64,000 nt of DNA from Gemmatimonadales bacterium (GTDB lineage Bacteria > Gemmatimonadota > Gemmatimonadetes > Gemmatimonadales > GWC2-71-9). Shown in pieces: positions 19,893 to 29,430 of this stretch; within the stretch, counting starts at the first letter, position 1; every line of letters begins with the position of its first letter. Where the stretch lies: NCBI GenBank assembly GCA_025927545.1, contig JAICLE010000002.1, positions 36,339-100,338 of the forward strand, read 5' to 3'. The notes beneath the pieces are model-generated. The model was not told the DNA's origin. It saw nothing but the letters and a program-made list of their open reading frames with translations, and searched no databases. A program made the position numbers and the translations under genes.

Positions 19893-21236
19893 CTAGCCCT
19901 CCTGTCTTCGAACCCGTGACAGGGTCCGCTCGAAGTCCGCGCGGCTGTTGGGCACCAGCCTGAGACGGCCGAAGCCGCTCTCGTCGCGGAAGAAGAGGTC
20001 GAGCCGATAGGTGATGTACGACCAGCGGACCACGCGGTCGGCGGTGGTGCCGGGGCTGTTTTCGACGGCCTCGTCGGGGGGACCGAGGGTGATGAACACT
20101 TCGCCGCGGTCGGTGCGCCAGCCGGGCACGCCCTCGTCGGTGAATCGCTGATTGGCCTGCGCGATCCGGCCGAAATACTGGTTGAGCGCCTCGTTCTCGG
20201 GCGTGACGGGGTTGGGATCGGTGGCCGCGTAGAACTCTCGCCACAGCCGGGCACGCTCGGACGCGGGCGCCTTCCGCATCGCGCTCACCTGGCTGTCGTG
20301 CCCGAAGTACCGCAGCAGATCGAGCATCTCGTCGAAGTTGGTCACGACCCACGCCTGGGTGAACGAGACCAGCGCCGACACACTGCGCTCGCTACTCCCC
20401 TGCCCGACCACCAGCTTCAGCTCGCCGAGGGACACGCTGTCGGGCGAGAGCCGGATGACCTGGCTCTCGACCTGCCGGTCGCCGCGGAAGCGGAGCTCGT
20501 CCTGGTAGATGACGTGCTGTCGCTCGTCCATCACCTTGAACGGCACGGTTGTCGGGTGCGCGAAGCCGTAACCCTCCATATACGCGAGCAGCGTGTCGCT
20601 TCCGTAGCCCACCGACCCGCGCGGGTTGAGCACGATGTTGAGCGGATCCGACCGGCTTCCCCGCCCCGTCGCCTGGTACGCCAGAATCGGCGCGCTCACG
20701 CTTCCGGGCCCGAAGCTCGGCGCCGTGTAGTCGGCCTCTGCCCGGCTCTCGGAGGTCGAGCCCACGTCCCGCACGGTGACGCTCACGTGGTAGGTGCCCG
20801 GGAGGAGCCGCAGGACCTGCTGGAACAGGATGCTCTCGTCGCTTCGCAGGGTTTCCTTGAACGTGGGCACGCGCACGACTTCCTCACGCGCCACGTCCAG
20901 CGAGGGCGCACCCTCGCGCCGGAACGACAGGCTCACCCGATACCGCGCGACGAAGACGTTGCCTTCGCGCTGGAATGCGAGTGCCCGGTTCTCGAGCGAG
21001 AGTCCCAGGATGCCGACGACCGAGTCGGCCGGCCCGGCGGCGAATGCCACCGTGCCGACGAACGGGAGCGGCTCGGCGGCAGCCAGACGCCCGAGCCGTT
21101 GGTAGTATTGTGTGCTGTTCAGGACGTGGGTCAGCGATTCAGTCGGCGTGGGCTGGTCACCGCTGCCGACGCGGCTCCAACTGCCACAGCCAAGGGCCGC
21201 AGCACCCAGTGCCGCCGAAAGCACAAGCCGACGCAT
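19893..21236 (-). CDS. GWxTD domain-containing lipoprotein
   Basis: 447 aa. It has a signal/lipobox (LGAAALGCGS) and a C-terminal DEGVPGWRTDRGEVFITLGPPDE, the GWxTD motif. Confidence 0.8.
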   Translation of the reverse strand: MRRLVLSAALGAAALGCGSWSRVGSGDQPTPTESLTHVLNSTQYYQRLGRLAAAEPLPFVGTVAFAAGPADSVVGILGLSLENRALAFQREGNVFVARYRVSLSFRREGAPSLDVAREEVVRVPTFKETLRSDESILFQQVLRLLPGTYHVSVTVRDVGSTSESRAEADYTAPSFGPGSVSAPILAYQATGRGSRSDPLNIVLNPRGSVGYGSDTLLAYMEGYGFAHPTTVPFKVMDERQHVIYQDELRFRGDRQVESQVIRLSPDSVSLGELKLVVGQGSSERSVSALVSFTQAWVVTNFDEMLDLLRYFGHDSQVSAMRKAPASERARLWREFYAATDPNPVTPENEALNQYFGRIAQANQRFTDEGVPGWRTDRGEVFITLGPPDEAVENSPGTTADRVVRWSYITYRLDLFFRDESGFGRLRLVPNSRADFERTLSRVRRQEG

Positions 21237-21258
21237 CGAAGACTCCCCGCTCGAGACA

Positions 21259-21285
21259 GCCGCGCCCGCATCACGCGGGCGCGGC
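21259..21285. other. 11-bp perfect GC hairpin in a divergent promoter region
   Basis: GCCGCGCCCGC-atcac-GCGGGCGCGGC. It lies 23 nt upstream of the GWxTD gene start (21236) and 82 nt upstream of the kinase start (21367). Confidence 0.5.
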
Positions 21286-21366
21286 GGAAGGTTAAGGGCG
21301 CCGGAGAGCGGGCGTCAAGCAGCCCAACTTGCTGCCCGTCCGGAAACACGGTAGCTTGGCGCTTCA

Positions 21367-22263
21367 ATGAACGCCGACAACCTGGTTGGACGCACTGTGG
21401 CCGGCTACCACCTCGCCGAGTACATCGGCGAGGGCGGCACGGCCACGGTCTATCGCGCGGAGCACCCCGAGCGCGGGCGGGCCGCGGTGAAGATCCTGCG
21501 GCCCCGGCTGGCGCAGGACCCGGTTGCCGTGAAGCGCTTCCTGCGCGAGGCGGAGTACGGCGCCAGGGTGAAGCATCCGAACATCGTCCAGACCTACGAC
21601 TTCGGCGCCACGGACGGGTTGCACTACCTGGCGCTCGAGTGGGCCCAGGGCGAGCCGCTGGCCGAGTTCATCAACCGCTCGGGCCGGCTGGCGCCGCCGC
21701 TGGTGGCGACGATCGTGGAGCAGCTGGGCGCCGCGCTCGGCTGCGCCCACAAGGCCGGGATCATCCACCGGGACCTCAAGCCCGCCAACATCATGTACGA
21801 TCCCGCCACGCAGACGGCCAAGCTGCTGGATTTCGGCATCGCGCGGGATTCGGAATTGAGTCCCGAGGAGCGGCTGACGCGGGCCGGCTTCTTCGTGGGC
21901 ACGCTCCAGTACGTGGCGCCCGAAACCCTGAGCGGTGAACTGGTGAGCGGGCAGGCCGATGTCTACAGCCTGGCGACGATCGCCTACTACATGCTGACGC
22001 TGGAGCTGCCGTTCACCGGGAAGAGCCCACGGGAGTTGTTTCAGCAACTACTCAGTCAGCCACCGGTCCCGCTCAACCAAGCGGTGAAAGGCCTCCGGTT
22101 TCCGACGGCCATCGAAGCGGCGGTGATGCATGGGTTGGAGCGGGATCTGGCCAAGCGCTCCAAGACCGTGGACGAATTCGCCACCGAGTTGTGCACGGCA
22201 GTGAGGCAGGGCGGGGGGAGGCGGGGCTTTCTGGCCTCGCTATTCGGCAAGGGCGGGGAGTGA
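21367..22263 (+). CDS. Ser/Thr protein kinase (Hanks type), kinase domain only
   Basis: 298 aa. It shows GEGGTATVY, AVKIL, HRDLKPANIM, DFGIAR and APE-like YVAPE. Confidence 0.9.
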   Translation: MNADNLVGRTVAGYHLAEYIGEGGTATVYRAEHPERGRAAVKILRPRLAQDPVAVKRFLREAEYGARVKHPNIVQTYDFGATDGLHYLALEWAQGEPLAEFINRSGRLAPPLVATIVEQLGAALGCAHKAGIIHRDLKPANIMYDPATQTAKLLDFGIARDSELSPEERLTRAGFFVGTLQYVAPETLSGELVSGQADVYSLATIAYYMLTLELPFTGKSPRELFQQLLSQPPVPLNQAVKGLRFPTAIEAAVMHGLERDLAKRSKTVDEFATELCTAVRQGGGRRGFLASLFGKGGE

Positions 22264-22808
22264 GCGACGCGGATCAACTCCGCCGGCTCCTGCTGGCGCG
22301 GTCGGTTCGTCGTGGTGACTTCGTGCTCTCCTCAGGTCAGCGTTCCTCCTACTACATAGATTGCCGCCTCACCACGATGAGCGCCGAAGGAATGGTGCTG
22401 ATCGGGCGCATGGGGGTGACCGCAGTCCGGGCAGCGGGCTGGCGGCCGCGTGCGGTCGGTGGCCTTACCATGGGCGCCGACCCGGTGGCGTATGCCATCG
22501 CCGCGGCGAGCTGGGGGTCGGACCTGGTGATCGACGCATTCAGCGTGAGGAAGGAAGCCAAGGGGCATGGGACGGGGCGGGTGATCGAGGGAAACTTCGA
22601 GGCGGGGGAAGAGGTCGTGGTCGTGGAGGATGTGATCACGACTGGGGCCTCCGCCCAGCGGGCGATCTCCGCGATCCGGGGCTCGGGAGGCAGGGTAGCG
22701 GGAGTGCTGGCTGTGGTGGACCGCGAAGAAGGGGGAAGGGAAGTGATCGAGAGTGACGGCACAATAGTAGTAGCGTTGATAACTTCGGCAGCACTGGGGC
22801 TGCATTAA
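22260..22808 (+). CDS. pyrE: orotate phosphoribosyltransferase
   Basis: 182 aa from GTG 22260, with a GTGA overlap onto the kinase stop. It shows GDFVLSSGQRSSYYIDCR and the PRPP-binding loop VVVVEDVITTGAS. Confidence 0.85.
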   Translation: MSDADQLRRLLLARSVRRGDFVLSSGQRSSYYIDCRLTTMSAEGMVLIGRMGVTAVRAAGWRPRAVGGLTMGADPVAYAIAAASWGSDLVIDAFSVRKEAKGHGTGRVIEGNFEAGEEVVVVEDVITTGASAQRAISAIRGSGGRVAGVLAVVDREEGGREVIESDGTIVVALITSAALGLH

Positions 22809-22963
22809 CCCCGCTGATCCTCCCGCCGCAGAAACAGCCCCCACTATTCCTATCGCCACGCCCCAGTGAGCTGCCCGCACATCCAATTCCTGATTCGACA
22901 CCAGCAAGGTTACTATCCCCTTGCACAGCTCCGTCACTCCCCTCCCTCCCAGGAGCCAAGCCC

Positions 22964-24379
22964 ATGTCGGTGGGCGCCGGTTTTCTCGACCAGGTAAATC
23001 AGGCCTTCGACCGGGCGGCCGGGTTCACCGATCACGACCCCACACTGCTCGCCAACATCAAGGCGTGCAAGAACCTCTTCTACACCAGCTTCCCCGTCAA
23101 GCGCGACGACGGCAGGATCGAAGTGATGCACGCCTGGCGGGCCCAGCACAGCCACCACAAGCTGCCGTGCAAGGGCGGCATCCGGTACTCCGAGGCCGTG
23201 GACGACGAGGAAGTGCAGGCGCTCGCCGCGCTCATGACCTACAAGTGCGCGCTGGTAGACGTGCCCTTCGGCGGCGCCAAGGGCGGCATCAAGCTCAATC
23301 CGAAAAAGTACTCGCCCGCGGAGCTGGAGCGGGTCACCCGCCGCTACGTTTTCGAGCTGGTCCGCAAGAATTTCATGGGACCCGGGCTGGACGTCCCGGC
23401 GCCCGACGTGGGCACGAGCGCACGCGAGATGGCATGGATCGCCGATACCTACACGCAGCTCCGCCCCGGCGAGCTGGACGCGCTCGGCTGCGTCACGGCA
23501 AAGCCGGTGAGCGCGGGCGGCATCCGCGGGCGCACCGAGGCCACGGGCCGGGGCGTGTTCTATGGCACGCGCGAGGTGTGCAACGTCGTGGAGGACATGA
23601 AGGCGCTTGGCCTCACGCGCGGCATCGAGGGCAAGCGGGTGGTGGTGCAGGGGCTGGGAAACGTCGGCTACCATGCAGCCAGGTTCTTCCAGGAAGCCGG
23701 CGCCGTGCTGGTCGGGATCTCGGAATCCGAGGGCGCCATCGCCAGCCCGAAAGGTCTCGACGTGGAGCGGGTGATGGCGCACCGACGGGAGCACCGGAAG
23801 ATTCTCGACTTCCCCGGCGCCACCAACCTGGCCCGCCGGGAAGATGCGCTCGAGCTCGACTGCGACATTCTCATTCCCGCCGCGCTGGAGCGGCAGATCA
23901 CGGCGGAGAACGCGCCGCGAATCAAGGCGAAGCTCGTGATCGAGGCCGCGAACGGGCCCACCACCGGCGAGGCGGACGAGATCCTCGGTGAGCGTGGGAT
24001 CCTGGTGGTCCCCGACGCCTACGTCAACGCCGGCGGCGTCACGGTTTCCTATTTCGAATGGGTCAAGAACCTGGGGCACGTCCGGTTCGGCCGGATGCAG
24101 AAGCGCTTCGAGCAGGGCGCCTATGGCCGACTGCTGGAAGCGGTGGAAGAGGTGACGGGACGGAAGTTCACCCCGACGGAGATCGAGCGCGTGACCCACG
24201 GCGCAAGCGAGGAGGACCTGGTCAATTCGGGCCTCGAGGAGACGATGAGCAGCGCCTACCACCCGATCCGCGAGCAATGGAAGCAGCGGCAGGGCGCCGT
24301 GAACCTCCGCACCGCGGCCATGATCGTTGCGATCGACAAGGTCGCGCTGAGCTACGTGCAACTCGGGATCTTTCCGTAG
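22964..24379 (+). CDS. gdh: Glu/Leu/Phe/Val dehydrogenase family, glutamate dehydrogenase-like
   Basis: 471 aa. It shows KGGIRYS, the catalytic-Lys region VPFGGAKGGI, and the Rossmann motif VVVQGLGNVG. Confidence 0.88.
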   Translation: MSVGAGFLDQVNQAFDRAAGFTDHDPTLLANIKACKNLFYTSFPVKRDDGRIEVMHAWRAQHSHHKLPCKGGIRYSEAVDDEEVQALAALMTYKCALVDVPFGGAKGGIKLNPKKYSPAELERVTRRYVFELVRKNFMGPGLDVPAPDVGTSAREMAWIADTYTQLRPGELDALGCVTAKPVSAGGIRGRTEATGRGVFYGTREVCNVVEDMKALGLTRGIEGKRVVVQGLGNVGYHAARFFQEAGAVLVGISESEGAIASPKGLDVERVMAHRREHRKILDFPGATNLARREDALELDCDILIPAALERQITAENAPRIKAKLVIEAANGPTTGEADEILGERGILVVPDAYVNAGGVTVSYFEWVKNLGHVRFGRMQKRFEQGAYGRLLEAVEEVTGRKFTPTEIERVTHGASEEDLVNSGLEETMSSAYHPIREQWKQRQGAVNLRTAAMIVAIDKVALSYVQLGIFP

Positions 24380-24416
24380 GAGCCGGTGAGCGCCCGGCGA
24401 GTCACCAGGAGGCGGC

Positions 24417-24890
24417 ATGAGGACAGGAATTCGATGGAGCGGAGCGGCCAGCATCATGGTCGGCATGGCCGTGGCGGCGTGCAATCGCGCGCCGGGGCAG
24501 GGGTCCACCGCGGCCAGTCAGGATGCGAGCGCCACGCGGGTGCGCCCGGCCTTCTCGCACGAGCTGCCCCGGCTGAACGGAGAGCACCTCTCCGCGAAGC
24601 TGGTCGAGGTCAGCTATGGGCCGGGCGGATCGTCGCCGCCGCACAGCCACCCGTGTCCGGTGATCGGCTATGTGCTCGACGGTGCCATCCGGTCGCAGGT
24701 TCGCGGCCAGCCGGAATCCACGTACCGGGCCGGCGAGAGCTTCTACGAGGCGCCTAACGGGGTGCACCAGGTCTCCGCCAACGCCAGCCGGACTGCACCG
24801 GCGCGGCTGCTGGCGTATTTCGTCTGCGATCGGGACGCGCCGCTCACCACGCCGGCGGACACTGGCGCTGAAGGCAGCCGCCGGCCGTGA
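24417..24890 (+). CDS. cupin-domain lipoprotein
   Basis: 157 aa. It has a signal with lipobox (GMAVAAC) and the cupin motif GSSPPHSHPCPVIGYVLDG...GESFYEAPNGVH. Confidence 0.7.
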   Translation: MRTGIRWSGAASIMVGMAVAACNRAPGQGSTAASQDASATRVRPAFSHELPRLNGEHLSAKLVEVSYGPGGSSPPHSHPCPVIGYVLDGAIRSQVRGQPESTYRAGESFYEAPNGVHQVSANASRTAPARLLAYFVCDRDAPLTTPADTGAEGSRRP

Positions 24891-24954
24891 CCCGACCCGC
24901 ACCCGCTGGTTCCCCACCCGGGGCGCCACCGGCAATCGATTCTCAGGAGATAAC

Positions 24955-25422
24955 GTGAAAGCACGACTCGACTACGCGAAAGTCGCTCCGGGCGTCTACG
25001 ACGCCATGCGGGGGCTCGAGGACTACCTGCACCACTGCGGGCTCGAAACACCGCTGATTCACCTGGTGAAGTTCCGGGCCTCGCAGATCAACGGCTGTGC
25101 CTACTGCCTGGACATGCACTCGAAGGACCTGCGCGCGATCGGCGAGACCGAGCAGCGACTCTACTCGCTGGACGCCTGGCGCGAGTGTCCCTACTACACC
25201 GAGCGTGAGCGCGCCGCGCTGGCGTGGACGGAGGCGGTGACCCTGATCGCCCAGGACCGGGTGCCGGATGCAGTATACGAGGAGGTCCGGCCGCACCTGA
25301 ACGAGAAGGAACTGGCGGACCTGACGCTCGCGGTGGCGACGATCAACGCGTGGAATCGGCTGTGCATCGCCGGCCGCGTCGAGCCGGGGCACTATCGGCC
25401 GGCCGTGCTGGCGGCGGTGTAG
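24955..25422 (+). CDS. carboxymuconolactone decarboxylase / AhpD-like alkylhydroperoxidase family protein
   Basis: 155 aa from GTG 24955, with AGGAGA at 24945-24950. It shows the AhpD-core motif FRASQINGCAYCLDMH (CxxC). Confidence 0.8.
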   Translation: MKARLDYAKVAPGVYDAMRGLEDYLHHCGLETPLIHLVKFRASQINGCAYCLDMHSKDLRAIGETEQRLYSLDAWRECPYYTERERAALAWTEAVTLIAQDRVPDAVYEEVRPHLNEKELADLTLAVATINAWNRLCIAGRVEPGHYRPAVLAAV

Positions 25423-25474
25423 CGCGGGCGAGCGGCTTCCGTGCCCAACCCGCCATAGCATCGACCTCACCGCC

Positions 25475-26977
25475 ATGCCGACCAACTCGCCGGACGCTCC
25501 GGGCCCGGAGCGCGACCGCGCCGCCCTGCTGGACCGGCGTCGGCAGCTCGAGCGCGCCTCCCGGCCGCTGGAGCCTGGCACCACCCGTCGCAAGCAGCTT
25601 CGGAACGCGGTGGTCGCCTCCTCCGAGCGGTTCCTGCGGCGGATCGAGACACTCCAGGCGTACGTCGAGACGGACGAGAAGGGTGCCGGGCTGCTCCGCT
25701 CACCCATCTCGGAGCACGGCATCCCGCTTGATGCCGCGCTCGAGTTGCTCGAGCGCGAGGTCGTCCGGCCCGGCGGGAACCCGGCCTCGGGCGGTCACCT
25801 GGCGTACATCCCCGGCGGCGGCCTCTACCACTCGGCGCTGGGCGACTTCCTCGCCGCCATAAGCAACAAGTACGCGGGCGTCTTCTTTACCGGCCCCGGC
25901 GCGGTCCGGATGGAGAACATGCTGGTCCGCTGGGTGGCCGATCTCGTCGGCTATCCCGCGGCCGCCGGGGGCAACATCGCATCGGGCGGGAGCATCGCCA
26001 CACTGGCGGCGGTCGTCACGGCGCGCGACGCGCACGCGCTCAAGGCCGCGGACTTCGCCGCGGCGGTGGTGTACCTCACGACGCAGGCGCATTACTGCAT
26101 CGAGAAGGCGCTGCGGATCGCGGGGCTCGGCCAGGCGCAAGTGCGGCACGTCGCGATGGACGAGCGCTTCCGGATGCGGCCCGAGGCACTGGCCCGGGCG
26201 ATCACCACGGACCGGCAGGCGGGGCTCAGGCCGTGGCTGGTCATCGCGGCGGCGGGCACCACCGATACCGGTGCGGCGGATCCGCTCGCGGCCATCGCCG
26301 ACGTCGCCGAGCGGGAGCGCTGCTGGTTCCACGTAGACGCGGCATATGGTGGCTTCTTCCTCCTGACCACGGAGGGCCGCCGGGCGCTCGCGGGGATCGA
26401 GCGCTCCGACTCAGCGGTGCTCGATCCGCACAAGGGGCTGTTCCTGCCCTATGGGTCGGGGATCCTGGTCGTCCGCGACGCCGCGGCGCTCGCGGACGCG
26501 CACCACTACTTCGGCAACTACATGCAGGACGCCATGCGTGAGCCGGGCGAGGTCTCTCCTGCGGACCTGTCGCCCGAGCTCACGAAGCATTTCCGCGGCC
26601 TCCGCATGTGGCTCCCTCTGATCCTGCTGGGGACGCGGCCCTTCCGCGCGGCCCTCCAGGAGAAGCTGCTGCTGGCCCGTTACTTCTACCACGAAGTCCA
26701 GGCCCTCGGATTCGAGGTCGGGCCGGTGCCCGACCTCTCCATCGTGACATTTCGGTGGGTCCCGCCCGGCGGGGGGGCGAGCCTCGAGCGGGTCAACGCG
26801 ATGAACCAGATGATCGTGGACGGCGTGCGCCGGGACGGCCGCATATTCCTGTCATCGACCATGCTCGACGGCCGCTTCATGATCCGGATGGTGGCGCTCT
26901 CGTTCCGGACGCACCGGCGAACGATCGACCTGGCGCTCCGGATTCTCCGCGATCAAGTAGCCGCCATCCCGACCTGA
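25475..26977 (+). CDS. pyridoxal-dependent decarboxylase, group II (aromatic amino acid / glutamate decarboxylase family)
   Basis: 500 aa. It shows HVDAAYGGF and the PLP-lysine region LDPHKGLFLPYGSG. Confidence 0.82.
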   Translation: MPTNSPDAPGPERDRAALLDRRRQLERASRPLEPGTTRRKQLRNAVVASSERFLRRIETLQAYVETDEKGAGLLRSPISEHGIPLDAALELLEREVVRPGGNPASGGHLAYIPGGGLYHSALGDFLAAISNKYAGVFFTGPGAVRMENMLVRWVADLVGYPAAAGGNIASGGSIATLAAVVTARDAHALKAADFAAAVVYLTTQAHYCIEKALRIAGLGQAQVRHVAMDERFRMRPEALARAITTDRQAGLRPWLVIAAAGTTDTGAADPLAAIADVAERERCWFHVDAAYGGFFLLTTEGRRALAGIERSDSAVLDPHKGLFLPYGSGILVVRDAAALADAHHYFGNYMQDAMREPGEVSPADLSPELTKHFRGLRMWLPLILLGTRPFRAALQEKLLLARYFYHEVQALGFEVGPVPDLSIVTFRWVPPGGGASLERVNAMNQMIVDGVRRDGRIFLSSTMLDGRFMIRMVALSFRTHRRTIDLALRILRDQVAAIPT

Positions 26978-27045
26978 CGGCGTCGTGCACCGGTCGTATC
27001 TTCGACCGTGCGCGGCATTGCCTACATCACCAACCAGAGAGTGTC

Positions 27046-27459
27046 ATGTCCCAACCCGAAGAGCGGCTCCGTCCGCACCCAAGCGAGCGCCTGTCCGGAC
27101 CGGCGGTGTTGCTCAACCTGCCGGAATTCACGCAGGCACTGTACGCCGAACCGCATCCATCCAAGCAGGGCCACCGCCAGGTCAGCCTGGTCCACCGGGG
27201 GCCGCTCCGCCTGGTGCTGTTCGCCCTCGAGGCGGGTGGCGAGCTGCCGGAGCACCGGGCACCCGGCCACGTGGTGATACACTGCCTGCGCGGACAGATC
27301 GAGGTGGAGGCGGCGGGCGCGCGCGAGCGGATGGGAGCCAACGAGGCGCTGGTGCTCGACCCAGACGTGCCGCACACCGTGAAGGCGCTCATCCAGAGCG
27401 AGATGCTGCTCACCGTCTGTCTCGACGCGAAGCCGCAGCGTCCCCCGGAGACGCGCTGA
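27046..27459 (+). CDS. cupin-domain protein
   Basis: 137 aa from ATG 27046. LPEHRAPGHVVIHCLRGQIEV...GANEALVLDPDVPHTV is a two-motif cupin signature. Confidence 0.7.
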   Translation: MSQPEERLRPHPSERLSGPAVLLNLPEFTQALYAEPHPSKQGHRQVSLVHRGPLRLVLFALEAGGELPEHRAPGHVVIHCLRGQIEVEAAGARERMGANEALVLDPDVPHTVKALIQSEMLLTVCLDAKPQRPPETR

Positions 27460-27482
27460 GCCGCCGGCTGCTCGAGCCCGCC

Positions 27483-27884
27483 GTGCCGCGTGTGGCGCCT
27501 TTCGCTTCGCGCCAACTGCAGGTGGTACCCAGCGGGCGCCGGGTCCTGCTCGAGATCGCCGCGCCCCGGCGGCGCCGCGCCGGCGATTGGACGTGCGCGT
27601 ACCGTATCGAAGGCCTGGGGCCCGACCGGACCGGCACCGCGCTCGGGGAAGACGGCATCGACGCGCTCCAATCGGCACTCGCGGCCGTGCGGCGGGAGCT
27701 CGAACCGTTCGGTGGGCGCCTCACGTGGCAGGGCGAGCCGGGTGAGCTCGGACTGCCGCACCTCGTGCCCGACTATTTCGGCGGAGAGTTCCGCCGGCGG
27801 CTGGAGCGGGTGGTCCAAGCGGAGATCGAGCGCGAGGCCCGACGGATGAAGGAGCTGGCTGTCCCTGGGGGGGACCGGCCCTGA
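27483..27884 (+). CDS. hypothetical protein
   Basis: ~133 aa from GTG 27483 (or 27492). GC3-rich codons. The sequence ...WTCAYRIEGLGPDRTGTALGEDGIDALQSALAAVRRELEPFGGRLTWQGEPG... matches no family I can confidently recognise. Confidence 0.5.
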   Translation: MPRVAPFASRQLQVVPSGRRVLLEIAAPRRRRAGDWTCAYRIEGLGPDRTGTALGEDGIDALQSALAAVRRELEPFGGRLTWQGEPGELGLPHLVPDYFGGEFRRRLERVVQAEIEREARRMKELAVPGGDRP

Positions 27885-27908
27885 CGCGGGGGATCCTGCC
27901 GGACGCCG

Positions 27909-28862
27909 CTACGTGATCGGCTCCAGTCCCGCCAGGATCGATTCACGGCGCGGCTCGAGGAACGGGGGGAGCGCGACCGAGTCGCCGAGCCGCGCGGGAT
28001 CCTCGTCCACCGCGAACCCCGGCCCATCGGTGGCGATCTCGAACAGCACCCCGGCCGGCTCCCGGAAATAGAGGCTCCGGAAGTAATACCGGTCCACTTC
28101 GCCGCTGTTGGGGACCCCGTGTGACTCGAGTCGCTCGCGCCACTGGTGGTATTCCGCCTCGTTGGGCGTCCGGAAGGCAACGTGGTGCACGCCGCCCGCG
28201 CCGAGCCGGGCAGGGGCGAGGTCCGGCTGCACGGCTACGTGGAGCTCCGCGTGGGGGCCGCCGGCCCCCATCCCGTAGACGTGCACCGCATGCTCGGCGT
28301 ACTCGGGGTGCGCGTACTGGCGGATCGGGTGCAGGCCCATGACCCGCGTCAGCACCGCGTCGGTTCCGCGGAGGGCCGTCACGCTCAGCACGATGGGCCC
28401 TAGGCCGCGCACCTGGTGCTCGGCGGGCACGGGGCTCCGGTCCCACGGCGTGGGCGCGTCCCCCAGGCCGCCGTCGTCGAGCAGCGACAGACGCTGCCCC
28501 TCGGGATCCTCGAAGTCCAGCGTGAGGCGGCCGTCGCGCTCGGCCACCGAAGCGCCCGGCACCTTCAGCTCCGTGAAGCGCCGCGCCCACCAGTCGAGGC
28601 TCGCGGCACCACTCACGCGGAGGTGCGTGCGGACGATGCTGTGGCTTCCCCGACGTTCGCGCGGCATCTTCCAATCGAAGAACGTCAGGTCGGTACCCGG
28701 CGTCCCTACCGCGTCCGCATAGAACAGGTGATACGCGCTGACGTCGTCCTGGTTCACGCTGCGCTTCACCAGGCGCATGCCCAGGGTGCCGGTGTAGAAG
28801 CGGTAGTTCTCGCGGATGGTAGCGGAGACCGCCGTGAGGTGATGGATGCCGGTGAGTTGCAT
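27909..28862 (-). CDS. ring-cleaving dioxygenase, VOC/glyoxalase superfamily (two-domain)
   Basis: 317 aa from ATG 28862, with GAGGAGGA upstream. It shows [10 protein letters not shown]...[23 protein letters not shown] and [24 protein letters not shown]. It is a paralogue of 35151-36104. Confidence 0.82.
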   Translation of the reverse strand: MQLTGIHHLTAVSATIRENYRFYTGTLGMRLVKRSVNQDDVSAYHLFYADAVGTPGTDLTFFDWKMPRERRGSHSIVRTHLRVSGAASLDWWARRFTELKVPGASVAERDGRLTLDFEDPEGQRLSLLDDGGLGDAPTPWDRSPVPAEHQVRGLGPIVLSVTALRGTDAVLTRVMGLHPIRQYAHPEYAEHAVHVYGMGAGGPHAELHVAVQPDLAPARLGAGGVHHVAFRTPNEAEYHQWRERLESHGVPNSGEVDRYYFRSLYFREPAGVLFEIATDGPGFAVDEDPARLGDSVALPPFLEPRRESILAGLEPIT

Positions 28863-28986
28863 GGCGAGTTCCTCCTCGAGACCTGCCTCTGCCGCAATGG
28901 ATATGTATCTCTGTCGGCGCCATTCTGCACGACCCGACCGGCTTCGCTGTCGCCGCGCTGCTTGCGTGGCGCATCCCAGAAGCAGA

Positions 28987-29430
28987 CTAGACCCGGAGAA
29001 ACGCCGCGCACGCCGGGTCGCTTCGCAGCGCCGCGAGCGCAGCGGCGTCCGGCCGCTCGGGCACGTCACGCTCGCAATCCACCATGCACAGAAAGCCGAG
29101 CGGGGCGCTGTCCGTCGCGCGGAACTGGTGCCAGGTGAGCGCCGGAACACGGACGAGATCGTTGATCACAGCATCGAATACCCGACTTCCCACCAGCACC
29201 CGTCCGCCACCGCGCACGATCATTACCGCGTGCGCGTGGTGGTGCCGCTCGAGCGATGACCACCCTCCCGGCGCGATCTCGAAGTACCGGAGCTGGCACG
29301 CGAGCCCGTCGCCGCCCTCGAAGAGCACCTGCCGGGTGACGCCCGCGAAGTGACTACCGACCGCCTTGTAGGGCCGGACCTCGATTCCGTCCCATCGGAA
29401 CGGCTCGGTCTGACGCACGTGGTCGCTCAT
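28987..29430 (-). CDS. cupin-domain protein, translationally coupled to the RuBisCO-like protein
   Basis: 147 aa from ATG 29430, with an ATGA overlap onto the RLP stop. It shows [28 protein letters not shown]...[11 protein letters not shown]. Confidence 0.75.
   Translation of the reverse strand: MSDHVRQTEPFRWDGIEVRPYKAVGSHFAGVTRQVLFEGGDGLACQLRYFEIAPGGWSSLERHHHAHAVMIVRGGGRVLVGSRVFDAVINDLVRVPALTWHQFRATDSAPLGFLCMVDCERDVPERPDAAALAALRSDPACAAFLRV

Noticed and set aside
19754-19963. Short ORFs crossing the octamer repeats (19754-19963 +, 56264-56500 +, 61811-62041 +) that share GRTERRKG-like peptides
   Set aside because: The shared peptide is simply the translation of the repeated DNA unit GGAAGGACGGAAAGACGG. 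The ORFs have no start context and overlap rnpB or promoter regions, and the repeat also occurs as its reverse complement. This is a DNA/RNA-level repeat, not a protein family.
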